A stretch of DNA of 64,000 bases from Eledone cirrhosa. Its lineage: Eukaryota. Positions 25,170-38,199 of this stretch are shown here, in pieces. The stretch is taken from contig OZ024742.1 of the NCBI GenBank assembly GCA_964016885.1, positions 207,576,001-207,640,000 of the forward strand. The letters run 5' to 3'. Both the position numbers and the translations under genes were made by a program. Position 1 is the first letter of the stretch; every line of letters starts with the position of its first letter. The notes beneath the pieces are model-generated. The model was given only the letters and a program-made list of their open reading frames with translations, was not told where the DNA came from and searched no databases.

Positions 25170-27015
25170 CAACAACAACCCAGAACAACAACGACAATAA
25201 CACCGACAACCTCAATGTAAACACTGATGGCTGTGGCAACAGCAACAACAAACAAAACAACAAAAACAAAACTAATAACAACAGCAAGAACGATAACACC
25301 GACAGCAAGAGCAACGGAGGCGCCACCTTTGCAGCACCCACAGCGAAAACAAAGCGCTTCTCCAATGGAGATATTAGTGATAGGGAACAACAGTTGGCCC
25401 AGGTGTGGAGGTTAATTAAACGAGAGAAGTCCTGGAAAAACCTAACCATCCCGGACGAGGCAATAACAGCCATGCAAAGGAGGACGGTGTACTTTCAATG
25501 CATTTCAGTGCAGACACGCAAAGTGGAACTCGCCAGCCAAGTGGAGGCTGCTTTAAAGTGTATCGGAAGTGACATCGAGTACAAAGCAATGGCCAAGCAG
25601 TTCGGTACCATCTCGGTACAGTTCAAAACGGAGGCACTTGTTATTAAGTGCTCGATGACCCCTGCAGAACGGAACGCATTTTCATGCACCCGTCCTGCAT
25701 GGGTACATGGGCAAAAGGACAGTAAAGGTCCGCATTCCCAGGATCCCACCAGGAATGAACATATGGTGGCTCCTGGGATGCGTAATCGAGGAGGGGACAG
25801 ACACTACCCTCCTAGATATCAAAAGGACAGAGAGAGAAGTCTGGTCCGGATTGGATTTGCCGATTCTTCTCCAAATGAAACCTGAGGACATCTACAATAT
25901 CCCGGATTTTGCCCGCCTACAGAACGGGACAACACTCCAATTAATCACTGAGGGAAGAAGGCCGCACTGCTTCGTCTGCGGGGAAGCAACGCATCTGCAC
26001 CCCTTCTGTCCTCAGCTCAAAGATGCAGGGGTCGAAAACCTCCTCTGTTGCCAACGCCAGTGTCAGTACGGAAAGCAGCACCACCACCACCCAAATCACC
26101 CCCAACAATGACACGAGTAACCATACCAACATCAAAAACAGCCGGTCTACCGCCAGTACCGAAACCAATCCAAGGTGAAAACGAGGAAAGTTCTCCCACT
26201 CCCCCCTACCCATCCAATTGTACACCTGGATAAAACCATAAAGGCAGACACATACACAGATACACTCACAGTCACAGACCCTTTGTCTTCCAGCAGTGAA
26301 CATGAAGGAAACCCCAAAGTGCCAAAAAACAAAAGAGAAAATTTACCAAAAAAAGCACCAACAAAACACAAAAGATATACACAACAAAAAATACAGACAC
26401 CACTAACGCAAACAATTCCCCAATAACATCATAACCAACATCAACATCAACACCACCCCCACAATACCCGAAACGCAAACAACCTAAACAAACACAAGAA
26501 CAAATAAACACCTGAAATTGCAGACACCACACCTACAACAAATACAGACATACCCGAAACAACACTACCTAAACCATTACCACACAGTCACCAAAACGAA
26601 AACAAATAAAACCACACCAATAAAACATTAAAAAATTCGTGCTTGTCAGAAGGGCCAACTATAAATTGAAGGCCCTCTAAGCACGAAGCGAGGATATTCA
26701 AACATAGAGGGAGATCTTTGAATTGAGCACATTTTGCGTGCCAGCAGATTTGCTTCTGGTGCGAATGTCGCTCGATTCCTACAAAGAAATTCGAGAGAGC
26801 TTTCCTCGAGACATGGGAACCCCGAACGTGAAACGCACATCGAGACATTTAAAGGGGTTCCCAAAAGAAACCCCACCAACCACGGAGGTCGAACCACCCG
26901 ACCTTCACTAGACCCCGGGAGGTAAGTAAACCTTCCCTCACTCTTTTAGCTTGCCAACATAGCCATATTAAGAGTAGGAAGTTTAAATGTTCGCGGCCTT
27001 GGGTCACCCTGGAAG
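25170..27015 (+). mobile_element. Tx1/L1-like ORF1 with CCHC knuckle plus the first codons of ORF2, 3'-truncated
   Basis: GRRPHCFVCGEATHLHPFCPQ knuckle and a Pro/Thr-rich tail. IRVGSLNVRGLGSPWK at about 26967 parallels the ORF2 start at 19264. Confidence 0.75.
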
Positions 27016-27169
27016 CATATATATATATAAGAAGAAATTGAAAGATGGTTAAAAAAGTCTGCACTCTCCTGTTGACAATTGTTTTTAGGCCTCATATCAT
27101 GTTACCTTTTTTTATCTGATGAGAACACAATTTTTGTCCCAGGATGATGTTGTTTTCGAAATGCGCATA

Positions 27170-27223
<54 letters not shown>

Positions 27224-27225
<2 letters not shown>

Positions 27226-29188
27226 GGGCCTTCGGAAATAGTTGCTGAGATGCTGAAGGCATCTGGCACAGTGGGACACACCATGGTCACCCGCATAGTT
27301 AACCAAGTCGTACAGAATGGGGTTGTTCCGAAGGACTGGCATAGCAGCATCATCGTTAACTGTTATAAGGGTAAGGGAGACGCCCTAGATAGGAGTAACT
27401 ATAGAGGCATTAAATTAATCGACCAGGTCATGAAGGTCACGGAAAAAGTAATAGCGCAACTAATCAGAGAGAGAATTGACCTAGATGAAATGCAGTTCGG
27501 GTTTGTGTCAGGCAAAAGCACCACAGACGCTCTTTTCATAGTACGACAACTACAGGAGAAGTACCTAGCTAAAGGTAAACCCCTCTACTTAGCTTTTGTC
27601 GACCTGGAGAAAGCCTTCGACAGAGTCCCCCGCTCCATTATCTGGTGGGCTCTTAGAAAACTAGGCGTTGACGAATGGCTTGTGAGGGCTATACAAGCCA
27701 TGTATAAAGAAACAGTCAGCAAGGTTAGAATTAACAACGAATATAGTGAAGAGTTTAGCGTAAAAGTTGGCGTCCATCAGGGCTCTGTTCTCAGCCCCCT
27801 ACTATTTATTATTGCCCTTCAGGCTATAACAGAGGAGTTCAAGACAGGCTGCCCATGGGAACTCCTATACGCAGACGACCTGACACTCATAGCGGAATCA
27901 ATGGCCGAGCTAGAGAAGAAATTCCAAACATGGAAGCACGGCCTAGAGTCAAAAGGACTTAAAATTAACCTGGCTAAGACCAAAGTTCTAGTTTGTAGGA
28001 AAGAAAACAAGGCGGCGGTCCCTTCTGGGAAATGGTCGTGCTCGGTATGTAGGAAAGGCGTAGGTAGAAACTCCATCTTATGTCCTAAATGCAAAGTATG
28101 GGTGCATAAAAGATGTAGTGGGATCACAGGTAAGCTAACTAAGAACATAGACTTTACATGTGGCCGGTGTTCTGGTGCAATAAGTAGCAGCAAGTGCCCA
28201 CAAAATACTAGCTCTTTCAATTGCGCAGAGGGTTCTATAGAAATAGTGGACAGCTTCCGTTACCTGGGCGATAAAATCAGCAGTGGGGGAGGGTGCTCTG
28301 AAAGTACTGTAGCTAGAGTCAGAACTGGTTGGAAAAAGTTCAGAGAGCTTATACCACTATTAGCTGCTAAAGGGTTCTCCCTAAAAATGAAAGGCAGGTT
28401 GTACGATGCCTGCATACGAACAGCAATGTTGCATGGTAGTGAGACCTGGGCATTGTGTGCAGAGGATATACGCAGACTAGAGAGGAACGAAGCTTGCATG
28501 CTCCGCTGGATGTGTAACAGTAATATACGTGAACGGCAAAGCATAAACGAACTAAGGAACAAATTAGAGATAAGAGGGATCAGATGTTGTTTACTCGAGA
28601 GAAGGCTGCGTTGGTATGGACACGTGATGCGCATGAAAGTCGATAGCTGTATTACAAAGTGCAGGGCAATAAAGATAGACGGTAGCCACGGAATAGGCAG
28701 ACCTAGAAAAACATGGGATGAGCTGATAAACTCCGACCTCACACACTTACACCTCTCCAAGACAATGTCACTGGACCGAGACCTTTGGCGGTACTCAGTA
28801 ACAGAGAAGACCCGCCTTGCCAGTAGGCATCTCTAACAAAATACACCCCGTCCCGCCACCACCCCCACCCCATCCACACCACCCCGTTCTATGTAAAGTT
28901 ATGTTGGTGCCGCGCCATCCAGGCCGAAACAAATGAGATCGTGTAGGTGTCACGACAAAAAAACACACAGTCCACGCTGTAATGTGGCCGTGTAGGCAAC
29001 ACGGTAAAAACCTCCCAGACCCACACTGTAAATGTGGCTGGTGTTAGGAAGGGCATCCAACTGTAGAAAACCTGCCAGACAGTCCTATGCGAGCAAGACA
29101 ATCACTCTTGCCTCAAGTGGGACTACCCCCGTCCAAACCCATGCAAGCGTGGAACACGGACGTTAAACGTTGATGATGATGATGATGA

Positions 29189-29191
<3 letters not shown>
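27224..29191 (+). mobile_element. Young 5'-truncated RTE-type LINE with (GAT)n tail, between (TA)n tracts
   Basis: Intact RT ORF; 3' UTR with ggaagggcatccaactgtagaaaa; ends cgttaaacgtt(gat)n; (TA)n on both sides. Confidence 0.9.
27250..28836 (+). CDS. Reverse transcriptase of an RTE-type LINE (528 aa, no endonuclease) with an internal PHD-like C4HC3 finger
   Basis: NYRGIKL, QFGF, FVDLEKAFDRV, GVHQGSVLSPLLF, LLYADD, FRYLG, LRWYGHV and GRPRKTW; no internal stop. Confidence 0.92.
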   Translation: MLKASGTVGHTMVTRIVNQVVQNGVVPKDWHSSIIVNCYKGKGDALDRSNYRGIKLIDQVMKVTEKVIAQLIRERIDLDEMQFGFVSGKSTTDALFIVRQLQEKYLAKGKPLYLAFVDLEKAFDRVPRSIIWWALRKLGVDEWLVRAIQAMYKETVSKVRINNEYSEEFSVKVGVHQGSVLSPLLFIIALQAITEEFKTGCPWELLYADDLTLIAESMAELEKKFQTWKHGLESKGLKINLAKTKVLVCRKENKAAVPSGKWSCSVCRKGVGRNSILCPKCKVWVHKRCSGITGKLTKNIDFTCGRCSGAISSSKCPQNTSSFNCAEGSIEIVDSFRYLGDKISSGGGCSESTVARVRTGWKKFRELIPLLAAKGFSLKMKGRLYDACIRTAMLHGSETWALCAEDIRRLERNEACMLRWMCNSNIRERQSINELRNKLEIRGIRCCLLERRLRWYGHVMRMKVDSCITKCRAIKIDGSHGIGRPRKTWDELINSDLTHLHLSKTMSLDRDLWRYSVTEKTRLASRHL

Positions 29192-29228
<37 letters not shown>

Positions 29229-29429
29229 ATTGTTATACTTGTTATATATATATAAATATGCATGTATGTTCTCGAGTTGGGTCGAGAGGTAACGAGGGTT
29301 ACAAAATGTACTCAATACGTTGGTAGCGTATAGACATTCAGGCTGATTTGTTTGATGGTTACATTGTGCGTACCACTAGTTGAGAAATACCTCACCGCAC
29401 ACTATTATTTTTTTGACTTTAAGTACTTA

Positions 29430-29700
29430 AAGTACCAGTAATGTACTGAGTAGTTGCTGGCCTTGTGCCTAAAGTAGAAACAATTATTTATTTGACTTTA
29501 GGGCGGTGGATTGGCAGTATCGGTAGAGGGTTGGACGCCATGCTTTCTAGTATAGTTACGTCCCTTTACAGTCTGAGTTCAAATCCCGCCGAGGTTAACT
29601 TTGCCTTTCATCCTTACGGGGTCGATAAAATAAAGTACCAGTAATATACTGCGCAATTGCTGGCCTTGTGCCTAAAGTAGAAACAAATATTTATTTGACT
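29430..29700 (+). mobile_element. SINE 3' fragment plus a full SINE copy
   Basis: Match to the family consensus. Confidence 0.9.
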
Positions 29701-30024
29701 TTAACAATTCAATTTTCTAAATCAACGAGATATTCTGTGCTATATGTTAATATACACGCACACGCACACACATACACACACATACACACATATACATATT
29801 TGTGTGTATGTATGTATAGACACCTCCATATACAACACGTCGGTACATAGTGTCCAATTCCGCACATAGTACAGTCATACGTGTGTGTTTATGTATGTAT
29901 ATATATATATATGCATACATATATGGTTGTATGCAAACATTCAAAATGCATGCACGTATGCATGTATTCACTTACGTGTTGTTGCAGCTATGAATGTGTG
30001 TGTATATATATATATATATGCGAA

Positions 30025-30055
<31 letters not shown>

Positions 30056-30304
30056 GTGAATGTGTGTGTATGTATATATGCATGCATATATGGGTGTATG
30101 TATGTATTCATGTATGAATGCACGTATGTTTGAATTTATATACGGACATTTACTTATATATATGCATACATGTACGTATGTGTGAATGTCTGGTCTCTCC
30201 CATGTTCTTCTGTATTAGGTATGCAAACATTCAAAATGCATGCACGTATGCATGTATTCACCTACGTGTTGTTGTTGCAGGTATGAATGTGTGTGTATAT
30301 ATAG

Positions 30305-30344
<40 letters not shown>

Positions 30345-30482
30345 CGAAGGTAATGTGGTAAGGAACCAGATGGACCATAACGCACCAAAGTACTCAATAC
30401 TTAGGGTAGTAGAGTGGGTAATAGGAACGAGTGGGACCCCGACGGCTGAGCTCAAGCCGTTTCGGCGGCTAATGCTGGACTA

Positions 30483-30558
<76 letters not shown>

Positions 30559-30789
30559 AACTGTGTGCCTGTATAGCCGGACTGCATGTTGTCCTCATAA
30601 AAGCTGTTATTGTAAATGAAAGACGGTGACATTGTTATTTCTACTTGCCTGTTGTGAAATACGACAGATTAACCATAACAATAACCATTTCCATGTCACA
30701 GTTGGACAGAAGGATATGACACGAAGACCATGAAGTAGAAGCATCACATCCCTCCCTCGCACCATCCCAGTGATTCAGTGACACAAGTT

Positions 30790-31900
30790 ATAACCCCACC
30801 TCAAGCTATTGCTACAGTAAGTAGCAGAATAATAAAGAAAATAAGAAAATAATGTAATATATAAAGAAGAAAGTAAAGAAAACCACTGGACATGGGTGGA
30901 ATGGAATAAGAGGAGGGAAGCATTGTGTTGGACTGGACAGACAAAAATTGTAAAGAGGAATCACTAATGCTGCCATGCCAACTCCAATAATTTGATTTCT
31001 GCAGGGATCAGCAGAGAATGTGAAATGATTGTGCGGTTGTAAAGGCATTGGTTAAAAATACCTTTGCCATATTTCATATAATAATCCTCAGCTTCGGGAA
31101 ATAGATGCATATTTATTTGTCAATTTTATCCATTATAGAGGTTTCTAGACACAACACAAAGATATATAAATAAAGTAACAAAATGGGAAACATTCCTGTT
31201 TAGGTGTACCCAATAAAGGGAACGTTCACTAAGCTAGAGGCTAATTCTAGCGCGCCTAAAATTAATGTTAACCCCTGTATCTCATACATTTTATTGCCCT
31301 CAATCCTTAATTTTATTCTTCATCAAGATTTTTGTTTTCATTCGCCTATATTATCTTCTTCTATTTCAGTTACTTATTCCCATAATTTTATTTCTAATGG
31401 CTCCAATTTTCCCCCTGATTTTCTATTGTTCATATAGCATTTCGATATTGTTCAATATTGTTCGATATTGTTCATATAGCATTTCGATATTTTATTTCAT
31501 TCATCCATTATTTGATTCATTTTTCCAGTAAATCCTTCATTCTTCATTTAATGATTCATTCTTTTATATGTTCCGCCATTTAACCAATCCTTCATTCTTT
31601 CTTTCTAGTCTCGCCTTCACTGATTCCTTCATTCATTTTATCCCAATCTTTTAGCTTATCCATCCATTTATTTATTCGTTCAATCATCTATGGACTGCAC
31701 AGTCTATTGGCGTTATCTCAAAGAGAGGAAATTGGAACATTATCCACTGAATGTTCCTTAAACCCTGAAGAAGGAAATTTTAGGTCCCGAAATATTAGGC
31801 AAAAAAAAGCAACAACAACAAAAAACAAAACAGATTACCAGGTAACCTACTTTTCGTTACCTCATCTTACAGTCTACTTTGCAGTGTTTAGCCCTCTATC
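30790..31900 (+). mobile_element. Possible highly decayed Penelope-like element 3' end
   Basis: Cys-containing remnant CHANSNNLI...C near 30970-31030, a pyrimidine-rich UTR, then an HHR-like motif at 31763-31799. The layout parallels 54735-55880. Confidence 0.35.
31763..31799 (+). ncRNA. Degenerate minimal hammerhead motif
   Basis: CC-CUGAAGA-aGGAaauuuuaggUCCc-GAAA-uau-UA-GG; stems are short. Confidence 0.45.
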
Positions 31901-32826
31901 GTTGTCAACGTTATTCCTACTGTTATTCATTCATTTATTCAATCACTGTATTGTCAATTCCTTCAGGAGTTTTCAGCTACTTTTATTCTTTTATCCTGCC
32001 TTCCCTTCCTTTACATACTTATTCATTCCCTCCTATATTTATTTCTTTGAAATCCTTTTCTTCATGCAATCGTTCATTTCTTGATTTATACATTCATTAT
32101 TTCATTCACTCTCCTTCTCAATCTCATGCCCACGTAAATACACTCATAGGCATACACATTCTTACACACACACTATATACATATACGCATACATTCATTC
32201 ACGTCTTTCATTCTTTCTTTGAGTTTCTTTTGTCTTTTTTTTTATCTCTCCCATTCCCTTTTTGATTCTCTTTCTCTTATTTCTATTTTCATAATTTTCA
32301 TCGCGCTTCTTTACCCATTTCTCTTATTTTTATCATCTCTTTTTCACTCTTATATTCTCCTTATCCATATCATCTCTTATGTCTTTCTTTCTCGTTTACG
32401 CTTTCTACATTCCTTTCTATTTCATTCTCTCTAGCACTGCTTGTGTTATATGTGATTACTTAGAGCTAATTGCACGCTGTGGCAGTAATGGGACACAAAT
32501 TCTGACTTTTCACAATCTGATGTAAGAGGTTATTGGGCCGTTCTCCCATATATTAAAGATCTGATTATACACAGAAGCACTACATACACACATACATACA
32601 CACATACATACACAAACACTCAGATACATTCACATATGCATCTATATACTAACACAAATACCACCCCAACACAAACAAATATAAAAATATTTTACACTCA
32701 CAACCTCAGTCAAACACATGTTTATTGATCACCCATTTTCCATCATTTTCTTACAATCTTCCTACTACCACATCTTTTCTATTTTTCTTTCTGTAACTGT
32801 ATCTTTTTTTCTGACTCATTCTCTGT

Positions 32827-32902
<76 letters not shown>

Positions 32903-33550
32903 TACTCTCTCTCTCTTTACTTTTTATCTACGTCTTACTCTCTTTTTCCTTCTCTTATCCTCTGTCTCTCTTCCTCCTTTCTATCCCCTCTCCCTTCGTC
33001 TATGTGTCTACTTTAAATGTCCTATTTACTCTTCCATTTCTAAATCTCCTCTCATCGTTCACTCGTGTAAATCCACCGGAGAAAAAACAAACAAAAAAGT
33101 AAAACATATGAGAATCTGTCACCATCGGACAGCAAGCTATCTAGCTAGCTGTCGTCTTCCATCACAATACCTTCTCATAATCCCATTGTTGATTGGTCAA
33201 AAGAATCTCCAGTCTAGATAGATATGCTTCCAGCAAATTGAAACACACTTTTTCGGCACTCAACTCAACTCTGAATGATATAACTCCACATTTTTTTACT
33301 GCAGGCTATGAACGGCGTGAAAGAAAGAAACATTGCTTGTTTTCATAATTTTTCTACTTTCCTTGAGATATCTTTTGTTTAATTGTATCCAAAATGTGTG
33401 GCTTGTGACGCCATTTGTTGACCTCAAAATAAAAAGGATTGAAAAATATTAAGTATCCTCCCCAACAAATTGATGACCCGAAAGAGGTAAATAAATAAAA
33501 ATATTTAAATAGCATTTATAATGCCTAATGCATAATGTACACAACATGCG

Positions 33551-33640
33551 ATATTGGTTATACATTGGTTATACACTGGTTATATATTGGTTATACAGTG
33601 GTTATACAGTGGTTATACAGTGGTTATACATTGGTTATAC
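33551..33640. repeat. 11-bp minisatellite, 8 copies of YANTGGTTATA
   Basis: Direct inspection. Confidence 0.9.
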
Positions 33641-34404
33641 TTATAAAATAGTTACATTTAGTTCCTTGATTAGTTAAGATATTTTGTACGCATCCCTAAC
33701 AATGTCTTCAAGATATTTAAGCAAGGTGTTGTTTATTCAGAGGGTAGCCGTAATTTCTGAGATATTTGGCTTTTATATCTAGTAGATTTCAGCTATCCCG
33801 TAGCATATTTAACCCACATGCTTTTAAGAGTACGTATAGGAAGTCTGGAAATATTTAGAAGAATATAACATAAACTAATAAGAATCTCAGTCTTAGACAA
33901 TATAATGGTGTAAATAATAATAATTATTGACATATGACAACATTTTCTTTAGGTGTGTGTGCAGCCAGTCAAACTGACTCTAGTATTTGATTACTGCTTA
34001 TTTTAACGACGCCAGATGAATGAAAAGTAAATTCTATCTCGGTAAAATTTGACCTCGGGAAGTCAAAGTATGCGATTGAACCAAGATAAAACAGAATATA
34101 CAAACCTACTACATAGGGTGTTAAAGACTGATAAATAGGTTATATTAATACTCACAGAGCTGATGAAAGCCGATCAAACAGGTTTGCCCGGCTCCCTAAC
34201 GATTTTCCTGATCCACTGCACTATGCCTTGCCTGCATATTTCGTGAAAAGTAAAATACAATTGAAAACATTAAAACATCGCACACACTCACACATAGACA
34301 GAGAGATAGACAGATATCACGTACTGAAGGCTCAGAGAGCGGCAAGGGCTTGCGCTGGGAAAGCACATACTGATGTTAAAACTAATGGAATAATAATAGT
34401 AATA

Positions 34405-34560
34405 ATGTTTTCTCATTTAGGCACAAGGCCAGCAATTTTTGGGGAGGCGAATGTAAATTAAATCGACTGCAGCACATATTTGGTGTCTTATTTTATCAAC
34501 CCTAGCGATAACATGTAAAGCTGACCTCGGTGGGATTTGAACTCAGAACGTAAAGGGAGG
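34405..34560 (-). mobile_element. Diverged SINE of a related subfamily
   Basis: ggcacaaggccagcaattttt...gacctcggtgggatttgaactcagaacgtaaag. Confidence 0.7.
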
Positions 34561-34749
34561 TAACTAAATAGTGTAAGGAATTTTCTTCACCGATAAGCAA
34601 TTTCATATATGTTTACAAGGCAATAACATCTGGAAGCGAGATGTGTCCCACGCAATCGATTAGATGATTTAATTTGTATCTATTTATCAATCACAGGATT
34701 AAAAGCGTATTTTGTCACAACGGGATTTTAACTCAGAATTTTAAAGCAT

Positions 34750-35572
34750 TATTTTGACTATCACTCTACCACATGTCGATATTTCAACATTACCGACAGA
34801 GAGGCAGTACGAACGAAGGTTTATTAGTTTCACGCTCTTGAGAGTGGGCGGGGTAGTGGGGAATGATGTTTCGGGCATAAGCCCTTCTTCAGGCAAAAAG
34901 AGTGTGGGAAGAGAGTTCCAAGGGTGTGTAGAGGAGTGGGGGAGAGACATTTAGAAAAAAGACATTTATAGGAAACGGTGGAAGGGTGTGGGACGTGTAG
35001 GGGTGGTGGCGGGTGGAGTGGGGAGAGGGAGGCGGGGTGTCCGAGCGGGGAGGGCTGAAGGTGGTGTGTGTGTATAGGTGTACGTATTTGTGTGTGTGTA
35101 TGTGAATGTGAGAGTTGGGGGAAGAACGAGGTTCGATGTTCAGAAAAAGGTGTGTATGGGGTGGGTCGGTGTATGTGTGCGTGTGTGGAAGAGGAGGGGT
35201 CAGAGGGGTGGGGGAGGAGGGAGAGGATTCCGGAGGCTGAGTGCGTAAATAAATATGTGGGGGTACGCACGTGTGTGTGGTGTTTATACGTATTGCGGAT
35301 GTAGGTGGCATGTGGGAAAAAACATTTTTGTGAGTGTATGTCCGTGGGTAAATTCCTAAGGTAGTTCCGTAGAAAGTGTGGTGGGTTGCCGGATATTTTC
35401 CTCGTGATGGAGTTGATTCTTGGGAGCGATGTCCAATGTGTGTAATCCGTGGTTGGGTTGGTCGGAAGAGGGGAGATGTGGGGTGCTCGCGCAACATGAA
35501 GTGGTCAGAGTATCAAGGCAGGAGGAGGGTTGTGTGTCTGCGTGTGCGGAGAGGTGGTCAGAGGGTCAGGGC
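34750..35572 (-). mobile_element. Penelope-like element 3' remnant with HHR, abutting (TA)n
   Basis: Minus strand has a decayed coding-like stretch (HFMLREH...TTLGIYP), a C-rich UTR, then CUGAAGAAGGGCUUAUGCCCGAAAC. Confidence 0.55.
34861..34897 (-). ncRNA. Penelope-type minimal hammerhead motif (stem III/I degenerate)
   Basis: Minus: gc-CUGAAGA-a-GGGC uuau GCCC-GAAA-ca-UC. Confidence 0.65.
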
Positions 35573-35575
35573 ATA

Positions 35576-35627
<52 letters not shown>

Positions 35628-35789
35628 TACACATACAATATTTACTATATAGAGCACGCCAAATATTGTGATGGTAAATCCTACAAAGTTCTTCTCGAGA
35701 ACAGATGTTCCAGGTATTTATTATCGGTGATGGACCATATTCCTGAGGATTTTACTTGGTACAAATTTCTACAAGCTCTAATAAGTTTT

Positions 35790-35978
35790 ATAATTGCTTC
35801 TACTATTGGCACAAGGCCAGCAATTAACCAGTACATTACTGGTACTTTATTTTATCGACCCTGTAAGGATGAAAGGCAAAGTTAACCTCGGCGGGATTTG
35901 AACTCAGAATGGCAAGGGCCGTAACTCTATGCGTCAAAGCATGGCGTCCGACCCTCTAGCGATACTGCCAATCCACCA
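35790..35978 (-). mobile_element. SINE copy
   Basis: Full reverse-complement match to the consensus. Confidence 0.9.
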
Positions 35979-36324
35979 ATGGGACCAAGAGATATTTGAA
36001 CTACTCAAAAAACTAAACAAAAGGTTATTTACTTCATATATGTGTGAGACCTTACTAAAACTCCACATTATAGTATCATACGACAATGGAATTCTTTATA
36101 TATTGTTTTCTGTACAAATGTCTACAAAGAGAACATTCAGAGTGTACAGACACACACATAAACATGCCACACATAGACGCACTCCTAAATTTATTAAATA
36201 GTTAGAATTATATTAAAATATAAGCAATCAAATAAGTAAACAAATAGATATAAGGGCAGAACTCCATAACACACACATACACACCACACACACATTCATA
36301 CACACACACACACACACATATATG

Positions 36325-36719
36325 TATGTATTTGAATTTCGTATTTCTTAAGAAATACGGTATGTTTATAAATAGACATTTAGAAAGCCATAGCTACGAA
36401 TAACACACTGACAGCTAATACCACCAGGCTGTGCCCAACAGAAGCAAGGGGGACAACCGTCTATGCATTTCAAACTCAACTGGTCCTCGTCAGGACGATC
36501 TCTCCCGCTCTTGCAATTGCCGGACTTTGAAAACAGGCGAAGATATACTGTTTTTCCGTCTGTGTAAATGAGGTGATTAATCTCATTTGTATATGAAGCT
36601 TAACTTAAGATAGAATAGCACTAGAATTTAGCTTCGAGTGTTATTCATAGCTATGGGTTTCTAAATGTTTATTTATAAACATAGCGTATTTCTTTAGGAA
36701 TACGAAATTCCAATACATA
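36325..36719. mobile_element. Element with ~80-bp imperfect inverted repeats enclosing an HHR
   Basis: Arms 36325-36405 and 36638-36719 are reverse complements with a few mismatches. Confidence 0.75.
36456..36499 (-). ncRNA. Minimal type I hammerhead ribozyme
   Basis: Minus: AUCGUC-CUGACGA-GGAC caguuga GUUU-GAAA-UGCA-UA-GACGGU; palindromic stem III AUGCAU. Confidence 0.8.
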
Positions 36720-36820
36720 TTTGCTTACAGCTATGTTCGAAGCTAAACACAAGCTTTATATATATATAGATGATATTCTACAGGACTAGAACTGTTTCAT
36801 TCTTTAGAAATCATCAGGAG

Positions 36821-36867
36821 ATTCCTGATGATTTCTAAAGAATGAAACAGTTCTAGTCCTGTAGAAT
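36821..36867 (+). ncRNA. Type I hammerhead ribozyme inside a near-perfect hairpin (36764-36878), with a mirror copy on the minus strand
   Basis: AUUC-CUGAUGA-uUUC uaaa GAAu-GAAA-CAG uucuaguc CUG-UA-GAAU. Confidence 0.8.
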
Positions 36868-36974
36868 CTCATCTATATTAAAACTGTTATACTCTGCTAT
36901 GTATTGAGTACCTTACTTACTGTGGTTACCTCCGATTAAACCTGGAATAACGTATATATATATATATATATATA

Positions 36975-37519
<545 letters not shown>

Positions 37520-38199
37520 TCACCTATTGAATCGTGCAAGTTGTGAAACCGAACGGTTTTATGCCGGTGGTTGGTCGAAATATCTCGAATTCAAATTCTA
37601 ACCACCGTGCTAAACTCTATATTGCTGTCTAATTGCCTGTTGGCATTTAATGTATGGAAATGCACTACCATTGTTACTGTCGCACCGTTTTGGCCATGTT
37701 ATTAGGGATTGGAGCCGCATGCTACCATTCTATTGTACAGCGATTCGAGACTGATTTTCTCTAATAAAGGATATTTCAGTCATATGTTAATTTGTGTTTG
37801 GCTTGAGATACGTTGGAGAATGCTTATGAAGAGGCGGCATTATGATGACGCGTAAGGATTTCAGTTGCTAATGTACTACTGTGTCACTTACCGGCAAGGA
37901 CTGGAATCGAATTCTGTCGATCGATTGGTTATTGATTCGGTGACAACCGCTGATGAGATCACATGAACTGATTGTGCATTGTTGCATAATCAATGTAGAC
38001 AGTAGATGCTGTGCACTCTCTTGCTGCATAAGTGCAGCGGAAACTTGAGTACGGGTATATAATTAATAGTAGTCATTTACATATAACCCTGTGTCTAATC
38101 TGGGATTTTTAAATTACCTTATCTATTGAGTACGCTGAGATGCAACTGGTACTAGCAGTGAAACTTATGCTAGTCCCGCCAACTTCTTATTAAATATAT

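Noticed and set aside
34155-34200. CTGATGA motifs at 34160 and 37950, and ctgatca...gaaa at 62701
   Set aside because: Each lacks either a canonical core or convincing stems, so they were not counted as hammerheads.
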